Assembly (NCBI GenBank): GCA_023266935.1 | Contig: JAHFOF010000002.1 | Span: forward strand, 68,623 to 132,622 | Source: a bacterium | GTDB lineage: Bacteria; Patescibacteriota; Minisyncoccia; Phycocordibacterales; Zambryskibacteraceae | Direction of reading: 5' to 3' | Length of the DNA: 64,000 nucleotides | Part shown: positions 20,591 to 30,297 of the stretch, one piece after another | Layout: each line of letters opens with the position of its first letter | Position numbering within the stretch: position 1 is the stretch's first letter | Translations under genes and position numbers: made by a program | Notes under the pieces: model-generated | The model's input: the letters and a program-made list of their open reading frames with translations, nothing else | Database searches by the model: none | What the model was told of the DNA's origin: nothing

Positions 20591-21763
20591 ATGCAAGTTC
20601 GTTCTCATATCAGGAGAAAAAGTAGAAAAATATTTCCGATTTATCTCGCGACACTTTTTGTCTCATTTCACTATGCAGCGGTTATCTATATCGGTTCTTC
20701 AAACCTAGAGAGATTTTTCTCCAAAGACATAGTAAGTCTCTTGTTTATTCTTGGGGCAACGATAAACATTTTCCTATTTGTCCTTACCCCCAAAATTTTA
20801 AAAAAAATGAGCGATCGCACGCTCTTGTTTGCTTTTATTTTGCTTGAGATATTGGCTGTGTTTGGTTTGGCCATCTCTCATTCCCCAACCACAATAGCTT
20901 TTATGTTCTTAATACACGAAAGTGTAGTACCAATGATTTATTATTGTCTTGATTTGTTTCTAGAAGATGCCACTCCGGAAAACGAAACTGGTGAAGTTAG
21001 AGGTATTGATTTAACTGTAGTCAATATAGCCATAGCTTGTGGACCGCTCCTCGTTTCGTTCTTGACTCCAGATGGAGACTTTTCTTTACTCTACTTCGCC
21101 TCTACCCTTCTCCTCGTACCCATGCTTTTTGTGGTCTTTTTCTCATTTAGAAAATTAAAAATTGAACCACCAAAGTTGGGCAAATCTGTTTTTGAATTTA
21201 AATTGTGGCTTAAATCTATCGATATCCGTCGAGTCACTATAGCCAGATTAATTTTGCAAATTTTTTATGCCGTGATGGTGATTTATACTCCGATTTATCT
21301 GCACAACACAATGATGTTCAGCTGGAGTCAGATTGGTTTAATCTTCACCGTGATGCTTCTACCTTTTATTTTATTTGAACTTCCTGCAGAAGAGGTGGCC
21401 GAGCATTGGAGTGGAGAGAAAGAGGTTATGACCGTTGGGTTTTTTATTATGGGCATGTCTCTCTTAATCATGCCATTTTTATCTGCAAACATTTTCTCAT
21501 GGATGATTGTACTTTTTGTTTCTCGCATAGGCGCAAGTTTCGTGGAGGTCACCACCGAAGCCTACTTCTTCAAACGTGTTTGGAAAACAGACACAGGTCT
21601 TATTTCTATATTCAGAATCACTGCTCCGGTCTCGATTGTTCTCGGCTCCATGCTCGGAGTGATTGTTTTATCTCTTTTGCCGTTTAAGGCGATTTTCCTC
21701 GTGTTGTCTATCCTCGTTTTCTTCGGGACTCAAATGAGCGCGATTTTGAAGGAAGTTCGTTAA
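20591..21763 (+). CDS. MFS transporter
   Basis: ~12 TM segments in two repeats. Confidence 0.8.
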   Translation: MQVRSHIRRKSRKIFPIYLATLFVSFHYAAVIYIGSSNLERFFSKDIVSLLFILGATINIFLFVLTPKILKKMSDRTLLFAFILLEILAVFGLAISHSPTTIAFMFLIHESVVPMIYYCLDLFLEDATPENETGEVRGIDLTVVNIAIACGPLLVSFLTPDGDFSLLYFASTLLLVPMLFVVFFSFRKLKIEPPKLGKSVFEFKLWLKSIDIRRVTIARLILQIFYAVMVIYTPIYLHNTMMFSWSQIGLIFTVMLLPFILFELPAEEVAEHWSGEKEVMTVGFFIMGMSLLIMPFLSANIFSWMIVLFVSRIGASFVEVTTEAYFFKRVWKTDTGLISIFRITAPVSIVLGSMLGVIVLSLLPFKAIFLVLSILVFFGTQMSAILKEVR

Positions 21764-22355
21764 CTACTTCCCCTGCTTTCCTCTCTATTAAATCTGCTCT
21801 GCGTAAATTCTTTATTTGTTTGTTTGAGATAATCTTTATATGGGGAGATTTGTCCAACATTTCTACTAATTTAAACAAATCTTTTTCTGAGTTTCTCCAA
21901 TCTATTTTGATTTTGGACAAATCGAAGGGTTTAGAATAACTCCTTAAGGTTTTTTCTCCATTGGATAAAAAATATTCGTGAAAATAAGATAGGGCCAGCT
22001 CACGGATGGTTTTATAAATCGGCTCTCTGTATCTTAGAACTGCATGGTTGGTTTTGGATATGGCTCCCCAGTATCCCTGCCTACCGGCAGGCAGGCATCT
22101 TTCTCTAAACAAAGTTACTACATGGTCCACATCTTTATCTTCTGTGGTTTTTAAATCAAGTAAAAGTGGTTTGTATCCTTGTTTTTCTAGAGCCAACGCT
22201 GCGATGAGTGCTCCTTCAAAACAATGCGCCCTATTAATTTTTAAAGCTTTAGTCGGAGACATATATGTCTCACCGTCTTTTTCAAAATTAAAAGGTATTT
22301 GATTTATAAAATCCTGAATCTTCTTTGGCGTATTAAGATTAGAAAGTTTAAACAC
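21708..22355 (-). CDS. Conserved hypothetical protein (transglutaminase-like Cys/His) with LPAGRQ insertion
   Basis: AHCFEGAL, DHVV, WGAISKTNH. Confidence 0.7.
   Translation of the reverse strand: MFKLSNLNTPKKIQDFINQIPFNFEKDGETYMSPTKALKINRAHCFEGALIAALALEKQGYKPLLLDLKTTEDKDVDHVVTLFRERCLPAGRQGYWGAISKTNHAVLRYREPIYKTIRELALSYFHEYFLSNGEKTLRSYSKPFDLSKIKIDWRNSEKDLFKLVEMLDKSPHIKIISNKQIKNLRRADLIERKAGEVVNELPSKSRSFESRRKRG
22076..22095. repeat. 20-bp palindrome (LPAGRQ element)
   Basis: cctgcctaccggcaggcagg. Confidence 0.85.
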
Positions 22356-22971
22356 CTTGGAAAAATGTCATGCGATCTTTTTTGAACCAAACCTCCGCAA
22401 TGCAAAATATACTATAAGTGATGAAGAAAGCTGAAACCACGTCTATGGTGTAGTGCAGATGAGAAAGCAAGACAACAACGGCGAAAGTTAAAGATAAAAT
22501 AATAAAGAAAATTCTCAAATATAAATCTTCCCAAAAAAGTAGGGCCATGAGAAATGGCAGGCCAGTATGACCGGAGAAGAATAAATCAGCTCCAAACATA
22601 AAATAACGCAGAAGACTGGTCGGATCTATAGTTATTTGATTTGGAAATGGAGCCAAATGGGTCAAAGTTAAAAAAACCGAACGAATAAAAACAAACAGAG
22701 CTATAGATTTGAGAACAAAAGGCAATCTCTTTGGATGAAGAACGCAGAGAGCAATAATGACCAAAACCAAAAACCAAGTGCCATAAACAAATATTTGATC
22801 TAAATCATAAACCTGTGTATTAGAGAGGACTATATCCGTGACAGAATTTGAAGCGCGTTCGTTCGCATAAACACCAGCATAAAAGTTCACTAGCAAGCTT
22901 CCAAAAAGTAAAACAAAACCAAAAAAGACTGATGTGAGAAAATCTTTATTTTTAAATGGTGAATTTTTCAT
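22348..22971 (-). CDS. PAP2-superfamily / sphingomyelin-synthase-like membrane protein
   Basis: DLFFSGHT and HYTIDV motifs, ~6 TMs. Confidence 0.8.
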   Translation of the reverse strand: MKNSPFKNKDFLTSVFFGFVLLFGSLLVNFYAGVYANERASNSVTDIVLSNTQVYDLDQIFVYGTWFLVLVIIALCVLHPKRLPFVLKSIALFVFIRSVFLTLTHLAPFPNQITIDPTSLLRYFMFGADLFFSGHTGLPFLMALLFWEDLYLRIFFIILSLTFAVVVLLSHLHYTIDVVSAFFITYSIFCIAEVWFKKDRMTFFQGV

Positions 22972-22980
22972 TCGACATAA

Positions 22981-25143
22981 TTATAGCACCTCTTCGTATA
23001 CCCCCATGAGCTTTTTTGAGAGTGATTCTATGCTTTCCTTTTGGGCTAATTCAAGCGATCCACGACTAAGTTTGTCTCTTAAATTCTTATCTTCTAGTAA
23101 CCTCCCAAGTTTAATCTCAAACTCTTCGTCGTTTTTGGCTTTTAGACAATTTTCTCCATCGATTAACCATCCATTATAGACTGGTATATCTCGCACAAGG
23201 ATAGGTAACCCGACCGCTGCGGCCTCTAGAATAACCATGCCCTGATTCTCTTCGTATGAAGGAAAGATGAATATGTCTAAAGAATTAAAAGCTTCTAAAA
23301 CATCTTTGACATACCCGGTGAATTTTATGTTCGCCGATAAGTCTGTGGGCAAAGATTCTACAAGTGCTCCACTATAAATTTTGCCAAACCATCTGAACTG
23401 ATTAGGAAAAAACTTTTGAGCCAGTTTTAAAAAAGTATCTATACCCTTGCGCGGGATAGCTAGGGCCACCGTCCCCACCACTAACCCATCGAGTTTATAA
23501 TCACTTCGTCCAACTTGTCTCTTCTCTTCGCTTTTATAAAACTTTTTTAAATCTACACCATTAGACTGAACTCTGATCTTATTAGGATTAATTTTATAGT
23601 TGATAATTAATTTTCTAGTATATTCACTGGGGCAAAAAATGATGTCTGCTTGGTTATAGGCATAAGCCAAATATATTTTCATAATCGGCGAAAAGATACT
23701 ACTAAATCTAAACACTCCTCTGATATCTTCCGCAGTCACATGAGCCCAAACAATGATTGGCTTGCTCATCCTTCGAGCTTTCCTCATTAGATACAGTGAT
23801 TTGAGCCATGGAGTGTTGGTTTGAAAAATATCACAACTATCATCCCATTTTTCTGTATAACTAATATTCATATGCTCGAGCATAATTTTCTGATTTTTAT
23901 ATGAAGAAAGTAACCCCGTGCCAATATTCTTGAACAAGGCCCCTTTATTAAAATGTAGAAATTCGAGATACAAACAAACCTTTAACTTTTTCTTCGTTAA
24001 TTCAGTATAAATCTCTGCCAACTCCCTCCCCACCCTTTCGTATGAATACTCTAAAGCCAACCCACGAGAAGCGCGGTTCATATCACTCCACAACTTTTTA
24101 TCTTCTTTTAATTTCAATATATTTTTAGCTAAATCAAAAACATCATCTGCTTTGGACAAAAAACCACTTTCTTTCTTCACAATCTCAGATACACCCTTTT
24201 CTCCCACAGCTACTGTTGGGAGCCCAGCACTCATCGCCTCGAGGATAGTCAAAGGCATGTTTTCACTCTTGGAAGCAGTGATGAAAATGTCAGAGGCTTG
24301 ATAGGCTTCGAGCCACTCTTTACCCCTAATAAAACCTGTAAATCTGGCCTTATTTGAAATCTCTAAATCTTTGGCCAAGGTCTCAAGCCTGTCTCTATCT
24401 GGTCCATCTCCACCGATGAGCAGAGTTGTGTCCGGGCTCTCTTTGTGAACTAAAGAAAATGCTCTGAGCACCACGTCCACACTCTTCTCATAGCTCAATC
24501 GTCCAACATAAACGAGAGAAAAATCAGAAAGACCGAGTTTGTGTTTAAGGATTTTTTTATTTTCAGAAGAAGTTTCTACGAAAAAATCTGTATCTATGGC
24601 GTTCGCAAAAATCTTTGTTGGTTTTTTTAGCCCGTTTTTAATAAGTTCATCGGCCAAAGATTGAGACGGGCATAAAACCAAATCACAAAAATTGTAGTAC
24701 CAAACGGTATACTTCCAACTCAAATTTTTCCCAAATGAGTTGTCGAGAGCCACATACTTTAAATAATGGTCGTAGAAAGTATGGTGAGTACCCACGAGTG
24801 GTACTCTGAGTTTTTTTGAAGCCAACACCGCACTCCAACCAACAGAAAACGGAGTATGAGAATGGATGATGTCTGGTTTAAATTTTCTTAATTTGGCCAA
24901 AACTATTGGATCTAGAGGCATAGCCATCCTTTCTCCAGGATAAAATCCTAAAGGTATGGACGGAGAAAAGATAACTTTAAATTTATTATTCTTTTTTAAT
25001 ATTTTTTTATTCTTCTCACTCATCGCTGTCACGACCAATACTTCATGTCCTTGTTTGGTTAAAAATTCAGCCGAATGATACACTCCATAAGCTACTCCGT
25101 TTATTTGAGGAAACAATGTATCTGTGAAAATGGCTATTTTCAT
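22981..25143 (-). CDS. Two-domain GT4 glycosyltransferase fusion
   Basis: Domain 1 FTDTLFPQINGVA...ENMPLTILEA; domain 2 SYEENQGMVILEA. Confidence 0.88.
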   Translation of the reverse strand: MKIAIFTDTLFPQINGVAYGVYHSAEFLTKQGHEVLVVTAMSEKNKKILKKNNKFKVIFSPSIPLGFYPGERMAMPLDPIVLAKLRKFKPDIIHSHTPFSVGWSAVLASKKLRVPLVGTHHTFYDHYLKYVALDNSFGKNLSWKYTVWYYNFCDLVLCPSQSLADELIKNGLKKPTKIFANAIDTDFFVETSSENKKILKHKLGLSDFSLVYVGRLSYEKSVDVVLRAFSLVHKESPDTTLLIGGDGPDRDRLETLAKDLEISNKARFTGFIRGKEWLEAYQASDIFITASKSENMPLTILEAMSAGLPTVAVGEKGVSEIVKKESGFLSKADDVFDLAKNILKLKEDKKLWSDMNRASRGLALEYSYERVGRELAEIYTELTKKKLKVCLYLEFLHFNKGALFKNIGTGLLSSYKNQKIMLEHMNISYTEKWDDSCDIFQTNTPWLKSLYLMRKARRMSKPIIVWAHVTAEDIRGVFRFSSIFSPIMKIYLAYAYNQADIIFCPSEYTRKLIINYKINPNKIRVQSNGVDLKKFYKSEEKRQVGRSDYKLDGLVVGTVALAIPRKGIDTFLKLAQKFFPNQFRWFGKIYSGALVESLPTDLSANIKFTGYVKDVLEAFNSLDIFIFPSYEENQGMVILEAAAVGLPILVRDIPVYNGWLIDGENCLKAKNDEEFEIKLGRLLEDKNLRDKLSRGSLELAQKESIESLSKKLMGVYEEVL

Positions 25144-25144
25144 T

Positions 25145-25978
25145 TTAGAGTGAGTTAATCGAACTGTTGATTAAAAATTTTATCACTGCTTCGGCTGTGT
25201 TTTGTTGATAATGTGTGGCTACATAATGACCCTCGCCGATTCGAACTGTCTCTGAATTTTTAATATTTGTTCGCATATCGTTCACTTCTTTATCCGAAAT
25301 AAAATTATCATCCGCGCCGACTACAATAAGGGTTGGACAGTTTATTTTATAAATTGTGGCTCTATAATCCATCTTAAAAACCTCGGAGAGCATCCAGTAA
25401 TTTATTGATATGGGCATAGTGGCCAAGCCAGAGAAAGTACTCCTCCAGTATCCGGCATTTGTCTTGGGATTAAAGTAATAATACTTTTTCCTCGTTTGCC
25501 AAACCATAAACCAGCCAAACAAGTTTGTAATAAATCGAATAACTGGATTTAAAGGACCGAGCCAATGATACAGAAACTGGCTAGCATGATTCGTCGAGAT
25601 GAGTACCAACTTTTCTATTAAGTCAGGATTATTTATGGCCAAATCGATACCGATGTATCCACCATACGAATACCCCACTATAATCGCCTTTTCTAATCCT
25701 TCTTTTTTAATGATTTCTACTACATCATTCTTTAATACACCTATTTTGTATAAATTTCTTTTTCTTGTTTTATCAGATACTCCGTGACCGCGCAGATCTA
25801 TGGTCAAGATGTTAAACCCGGCTGATTTATAAAGGGCCAATGTTTCATCCCAAGTAGTGTGGTTTGAAGAAAGTCCGTGCAAAAAAACTATTGTTGATTT
25901 ATTTGTCTGTGGTGAGTTCGTCGAATCCGTCCAATAATAAATTTTGCCGTTTTGAGTTTCTAAATAATGCTCTGTCAT
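25145..25978 (-). CDS. Alpha/beta hydrolase
   Basis: HGLSS, DLRGHG, GYSYGG nucleophile elbow, C-terminal GH. Confidence 0.9.
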   Translation of the reverse strand: MTEHYLETQNGKIYYWTDSTNSPQTNKSTIVFLHGLSSNHTTWDETLALYKSAGFNILTIDLRGHGVSDKTRKRNLYKIGVLKNDVVEIIKKEGLEKAIIVGYSYGGYIGIDLAINNPDLIEKLVLISTNHASQFLYHWLGPLNPVIRFITNLFGWFMVWQTRKKYYYFNPKTNAGYWRSTFSGLATMPISINYWMLSEVFKMDYRATIYKINCPTLIVVGADDNFISDKEVNDMRTNIKNSETVRIGEGHYVATHYQQNTAEAVIKFLINSSINSL

Positions 25979-26544
25979 GGCTGTTCTTCTTTTTTATTGT
26001 AAAAATATATCCAAGCGAAGATAGAGAGCACTGCGAGGATAATAAAGACTGATGCTATAACATCCATAATGGATTTAATTCGAGTAATAGCATTTGCAAA
26101 GTAAAACCCAATGATGAGGAGACCGAGGGTTTTAGGCAACGTCCCAACTGTGTTCCAATAAATAAATTTTTTAAAAGGCATTTTCACCAGACCAGCAGCC
26201 ACGAGTAATGCTCCCCCAACTCCATGAGCCAGTTTACCCAAGAGAATTGATTTGCCTGGATGAGTATTTAGAACTTTCTCAAGTCTTTCTACATGACTTT
26301 CTTTTATCCTAAAATATTTACCCCAACGACGAACAAAAGGTTCTCCTCCCCATCGACCTATATAATAGTGCAAAGCATCAGACACGAGGTCTCCAAATAC
26401 TATGACCAAGTAAGCCGGCCACCAAGCCAGATAGCCCAAGGATACCCCCGCACCGGCGATAACTGTGATAATAGGCCCTTCTACGAAGGCCGCAAGAAAA
26501 AGCAACCAATACATAACCCCATTGTATGCTACACTCTGAATCAA
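25975..26544 (-). CDS. DedA family membrane protein (start may be ATG 26514)
   Basis: FVEGP, GDLVSDALHYYIGRWGG, AGLVKMPFKKF. Confidence 0.85.
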   Translation of the reverse strand: MIQSVAYNGVMYWLLFLAAFVEGPIITVIAGAGVSLGYLAWWPAYLVIVFGDLVSDALHYYIGRWGGEPFVRRWGKYFRIKESHVERLEKVLNTHPGKSILLGKLAHGVGGALLVAAGLVKMPFKKFIYWNTVGTLPKTLGLLIIGFYFANAITRIKSIMDVIASVFIILAVLSIFAWIYFYNKKEEQP

Positions 26545-27245
26545 TGAAAGACGTCTACCCCATGAGGATAAATAAATATTTGGCTATGAAAAATCACTCC
26601 ACCAGACGAGGGGCTGATGAGCTAATCAAGAAACATCTAGTTTTAATAAATGGTCGCTTCGCTGTCCTTGGAGATAAGGTAGAGGAAGCGGACACTGTAG
26701 AAGTCAGAGCGAATAAAAAAGCATTAATTTATGAATACTATGCTTATAACAAACCAGTTGGCACAGTCACTCTCGCTCCAACATCAGGGCAAAAAGATAT
26801 TAAGGGTTCAATCAACCTCGCTGGAGTATTCCCCGTTGGACGACTTGATAAGGATTCACACGGATTGATTATCCTCACCAACGACGGACGCATCACCGAC
26901 AGACTTTTAAATCCGAAACACACCCACGAAAAGGAATATGTTGTAACTGTGAAAGAAAAACTGCGTGCAAATTTTAAAAATAAAATAGAACCGGGGGTGC
27001 AGATTGAAAATGAAAAAACTCTCCCATGTAAAGTCCAAATCCTCGGCGAGAAAAAATTTAGTATTGTTTTAGGTGAAGGCAAGAAACATCAAATCCGCAG
27101 GATGTGTTCGGCCTTGTTCGCCGAAGTCGAAGATCTGGAGCGAGTGCGGATTATGAATATTAAACTCGGTAAATTGGGTTCAAATCAATATAAAAAGATC
27201 GAAGGTGAAGAACTGGCTATATTTTTAAAATCTTTGGGGCTATAA
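26544..27245 (+). CDS. rRNA pseudouridine synthase (RsuA/RluB/RluF family)
   Basis: S4 domain RINKYLA, GRLDKDSHGL, EGKKHQIRRM. Confidence 0.92.
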   Translation: MKDVYPMRINKYLAMKNHSTRRGADELIKKHLVLINGRFAVLGDKVEEADTVEVRANKKALIYEYYAYNKPVGTVTLAPTSGQKDIKGSINLAGVFPVGRLDKDSHGLIILTNDGRITDRLLNPKHTHEKEYVVTVKEKLRANFKNKIEPGVQIENEKTLPCKVQILGEKKFSIVLGEGKKHQIRRMCSALFAEVEDLERVRIMNIKLGKLGSNQYKKIEGEELAIFLKSLGL

Positions 27246-27247
27246 AT

Positions 27248-27691
27248 TTATCTGCTTAAATCTTTAAAAACTTCACCCGGTCTCATGTATTCATCTGTAA
27301 TTTGAGTAATCTTTAAATCATCACCAATATCAAAATTGTGTGTGGCATCTGTCATCACATCATCCAGGTGAGGACCGCATTCCTCTCGAACTTGAACAGT
27401 AAGCGGAATCATTCTTACCCCATGTTTATGAAAAAGTTGAATACGATGGTTGCCAGCTTCTAGGCGAAATTTTTTGTTTTTTAAACCGACGCGCATTATA
27501 AGTGGTTGATGCAATCCTTCTTCTAAAATATTTTCCCAGAGAGTATCCATATCTACAATCGTGCCGTCCATCAAATCCGCTTCTGGAGAAACGTCTCTCC
27601 CCCAATATTTCCAAACCCAATCGGTCGGAACAAGTTCAACCTTACCTTGTTTATATAAAGGATGCTTTTTCCAAAGTTCTCTGATTTCCAT
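27248..27691 (-). CDS. ParB/sulfiredoxin-like domain protein
   Basis: GLHQPLIMRV...LEAGNHR. Confidence 0.6.
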   Translation of the reverse strand: MEIRELWKKHPLYKQGKVELVPTDWVWKYWGRDVSPEADLMDGTIVDMDTLWENILEEGLHQPLIMRVGLKNKKFRLEAGNHRIQLFHKHGVRMIPLTVQVREECGPHLDDVMTDATHNFDIGDDLKITQITDEYMRPGEVFKDLSR

Positions 27692-27699
27692 ACAAATTT

Positions 27700-27759
27700 T
27701 TATTTCGCCTTCTTTGCTTTCTTTTTTTCTTTTTTGGGATGGGTATTTCCTTTGGCCAT
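27700..27759 (-). CDS. 19-aa Lys-rich microprotein
   Basis: MAKGNTHPKKEKKKAKKAK*, directly upstream of 27691. Confidence 0.5.
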   Translation of the reverse strand: MAKGNTHPKKEKKKAKKAK

Positions 27760-27818
27760 AAATTTAAAATATTTTAACGTCTTTATTATATCAAAAAATA
27801 TGATACATTGAGTATAGA

Positions 27819-28062
27819 GATAGCTGAAATACGCTTCAACTATCCGTTCACCTCTGATAAGGTCATGCGATGGAACCTGTCTTGGTCAGCCGATCGGAGT
27901 CTCCGAGCAAACCCTCGGGTACTGCCCCCTTTCCCACGCCCCAGAAGGGATCAGCCCCTTCCACCCCAACCGAGACCTCTTTCGAGGCCAAACTCGATTT
28001 CCTGCGCATGGCAGGAGTCGGAGCCTCATAAAGTTTCCCCACAGGAAGCAGCAATGCTTCCT
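27819..28062 (-). ncRNA. Unassigned structured RNA candidate
   Basis: GC-rich intergenic island with several hairpins whose mismatches become G-U pairs only on the minus strand; GAAA tetraloop. Confidence 0.6.
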
Positions 28063-28071
28063 TTTTTATGC

Positions 28072-28100
28072 TTGACATTATTATAATAATTTGATATAGT
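28072..28100 (+). promoter_or_regulatory. Sigma70 promoter
   Basis: TTGACA-17bp-TATAGT. Confidence 0.7.
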
Positions 28101-28138
28101 GGTGGCAAGTGCTCTTTCACTCATACGAGGACACAGAC

Positions 28139-28645
28139 ATGTCAATCAAGTGGATGCCGAACGCAGTGACAATCCTGCGCTTCGTGCTGTCGATTGTAGT
28201 CCTCTTCTATGCCCTACAAGCAGAGTGGACTACGGCAGCAATCTATTCAGCCATTGCTCTTGCGACCGATCCGTTCGACGGATGGCTTGCGGTCAAGCTC
28301 GATGCTCGGAGCAAGTTCGGGATCATCGCAGACCCAATTGCCGACTTTATGCTCACTGCGATGCAAATCGCTGGAGCAGTCTTCACCGAAGTCATCAATT
28401 GGACTACTGTTGGTGTGCTTTGCTTCTTCTTCCTCGCGACATGGCTCCCGGTCGTGCTCACGACTGGCGGAAGCAAGCTGAACAAGCTCGCACTAGGCAT
28501 TAACCGAACATACTATGTGGGAGTGGCGCTATGGTTCATCGGGCTCTACTTCTACATCGCATTCGGTACGGGTGCCTTGTGGCTCGTAGCCCCCGCCCTC
28601 CCGCTTGTGTGGTGGGGTGCTCGAATCAGCATAAGTCATCACTGA
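28139..28645 (+). CDS. CDP-alcohol phosphatidyltransferase family protein
   Basis: PNAVTILR, DPFDGWLA...SKFGIIADPIAD (DxxDGxxA...GxxxDxxxD). Confidence 0.85.
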   Translation: MSIKWMPNAVTILRFVLSIVVLFYALQAEWTTAAIYSAIALATDPFDGWLAVKLDARSKFGIIADPIADFMLTAMQIAGAVFTEVINWTTVGVLCFFFLATWLPVVLTTGGSKLNKLALGINRTYYVGVALWFIGLYFYIAFGTGALWLVAPALPLVWWGARISISHH

Positions 28646-28657
28646 ACAATTTGTACC

Positions 28658-28689
28658 AAACGCGGAGGTCACTACGACTCCGCGTTTTT
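28658..28689 (+). terminator. Intrinsic terminator
   Basis: aaacgcggag...ctccgcgttttt. Confidence 0.7.
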
Positions 28690-28739
28690 CATTTCATATT
28701 CTTGAATAAAGCCCAATTCTGGGCTATTCTGTCCCCATC

Positions 28740-28810
28740 TGCCGGATCGTCTAATGGTAGGACACATCCCTCTGGAGGATGTTATCTTGGTTCGAGTCCA
28801 AGTCCGGCAA
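28740..28810 (+). tRNA. tRNA-Gln(CTG)
   Basis: tgccgga...tccggca acceptor; catcc-ctCTGga-ggatg; TTCGAGT; CCA not encoded. Confidence 0.93.
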
Positions 28811-28811
28811 C

Positions 28812-29375
28812 ATGAAATTTATATATATAATAAAAAATTTCTTATTGGGACATGACTTTCAGGTTTCTTTTTGGTCAAGTATTGTTGTATCTGCACTTGT
28901 TGGTTTGGTTGTATATCAGTATACTGACGTTTTTAAATCACCAAATCTTAGTTTTGTAGTAAAACAAAATGGATTTTACAGAAATACCATTCTACTTACT
29001 GCAGATGGAGAAAATTATAAAGCAAGGTTTCAATTTGCAATCAAAAATAATGGGAATAAACCATTAAAATCAGGCGAGGGATACTGGCATTTGTATGTTC
29101 AAACAGATTCTCCGACACAATTTTCTGCACCTGAGGAAGAAAATCATAACAGAGGTATAATTTCTGGTACAATTTATCCAAACTCATTCTTAGATATTAA
29201 TCTTGTATACGAATTAATTATAAAAAAAGAAGATGTTAGGAAAAGAGAAATTCCGTATTTCTTTAGTACTGATTACGGGCAATATCCAAAAACAGCGAAA
29301 CTAGATCCAGAATCAGGTAAGGTATTTTTAAAAGATATGAACTATATTAGATTTGAAATACCAGAATCGAAATAG
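28812..29375 (+). CDS. Hypothetical membrane-anchored protein
   Basis: AT-rich ORF whose ATG lies 1 nt after the tRNA-Gln discriminator. Confidence 0.65.
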   Translation: MKFIYIIKNFLLGHDFQVSFWSSIVVSALVGLVVYQYTDVFKSPNLSFVVKQNGFYRNTILLTADGENYKARFQFAIKNNGNKPLKSGEGYWHLYVQTDSPTQFSAPEEENHNRGIISGTIYPNSFLDINLVYELIIKKEDVRKREIPYFFSTDYGQYPKTAKLDPESGKVFLKDMNYIRFEIPESK

Positions 29376-29383
29376 TTATTACG

Positions 29384-29725
29384 ATGAAGAACTATACTCT
29401 CCGATTCAAAGCGGTTGATAAGAAGAATTTTGATGAAGTTAAGAATGGTTTGAAAATAGTTGAAACTCGTGCAGCAACTGTAAAATATCAACCGATTGAA
29501 GTTGGAGACACTTTAGTCTTTGTTTGTGGAAAATACAGGCTGAAAAAGAAAATTACTAAAAAAGCTCGTTTTAAAAGTATAAACGCAATGGTAAAAAAGA
29601 TTCCATTTAAGAAAATTATGCCTTCAATCAAATCCGTGGCTGAAATGAAGCACGCATATTCATCATATTCAGGCTATGATGAAAAAATAAAAAAGTTTGG
29701 AATACTGGCTTTTTGGATTAAATGA
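29384..29725 (+). CDS. ASCH-domain protein
   Basis: GLKIVETR...VGDTLVF. Confidence 0.8.
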   Translation: MKNYTLRFKAVDKKNFDEVKNGLKIVETRAATVKYQPIEVGDTLVFVCGKYRLKKKITKKARFKSINAMVKKIPFKKIMPSIKSVAEMKHAYSSYSGYDEKIKKFGILAFWIK

Positions 29726-30297
29726 AAATTTATTTTATAATTTTTGGACTATTGAATCTTTGCGCTCTGCTTGTTCAGTTTGTTCATTCACCCGATATAG
29801 TCGGATTTTTTAGTTTCTTCACTATCCTCGCGAACGCTTGTGCGACGGGGATACTGCTTTATCTTGGACTAAGCCACAAGAAAACTATCTCTATAAAAAC
29901 TGAAAGTTTTTTCGGAGCCACAACAGCTTATATGGTTCTCGTCGGGTTTGGATATTGGATGTTTCTTAGTAATGTGAAATACCCCATGATGCTTCCATTT
30001 GTGAATATTATGATTCATGCGGTCATGCCCATAGTCGTGATTATCGGCTGGTTCTTATATGAACATCAACACCGCCTTAACTTCAAACGAGCCACCAACT
30101 GGCTGATCTTTCCCTTCGTCTGGTTAATCTACACCTTTGTTCGTGGACCACTCGCTCATTGGTACCCTTATCCATTCTTCGACCCTCGAGGAATAAACGG
30201 ATACTCCGGAGTTTTTGAATACATATTAATCTTTACTCTCGTTCTTTACTTTGTCAGTTTGTTTATTATTTGGATTGGAAACAAAAAACAAAATTAA
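29722..30297 (+). CDS. Pr6Pr/FAR-17a-AIG1-like membrane protein
   Basis: FFTILAN, HAVMP, RGPLAHWYPYPFFD. Confidence 0.8.
   Translation: MKIYFIIFGLLNLCALLVQFVHSPDIVGFFSFFTILANACATGILLYLGLSHKKTISIKTESFFGATTAYMVLVGFGYWMFLSNVKYPMMLPFVNIMIHAVMPIVVIIGWFLYEHQHRLNFKRATNWLIFPFVWLIYTFVRGPLAHWYPYPFFDPRGINGYSGVFEYILIFTLVLYFVSLFIIWIGNKKQN

Noticed and set aside
28043-28052. ggaagcagca resembling the SRP RNA core
   Set aside because: The preceding TCAGGTCCGGAA-type motif is absent; the sequence is one arm of a simple hairpin.
27808-28120. ORFs 27808..28086 (+) and 27863..28120 (-)
   Set aside because: No protein-like features; the region is better explained as structured RNA.
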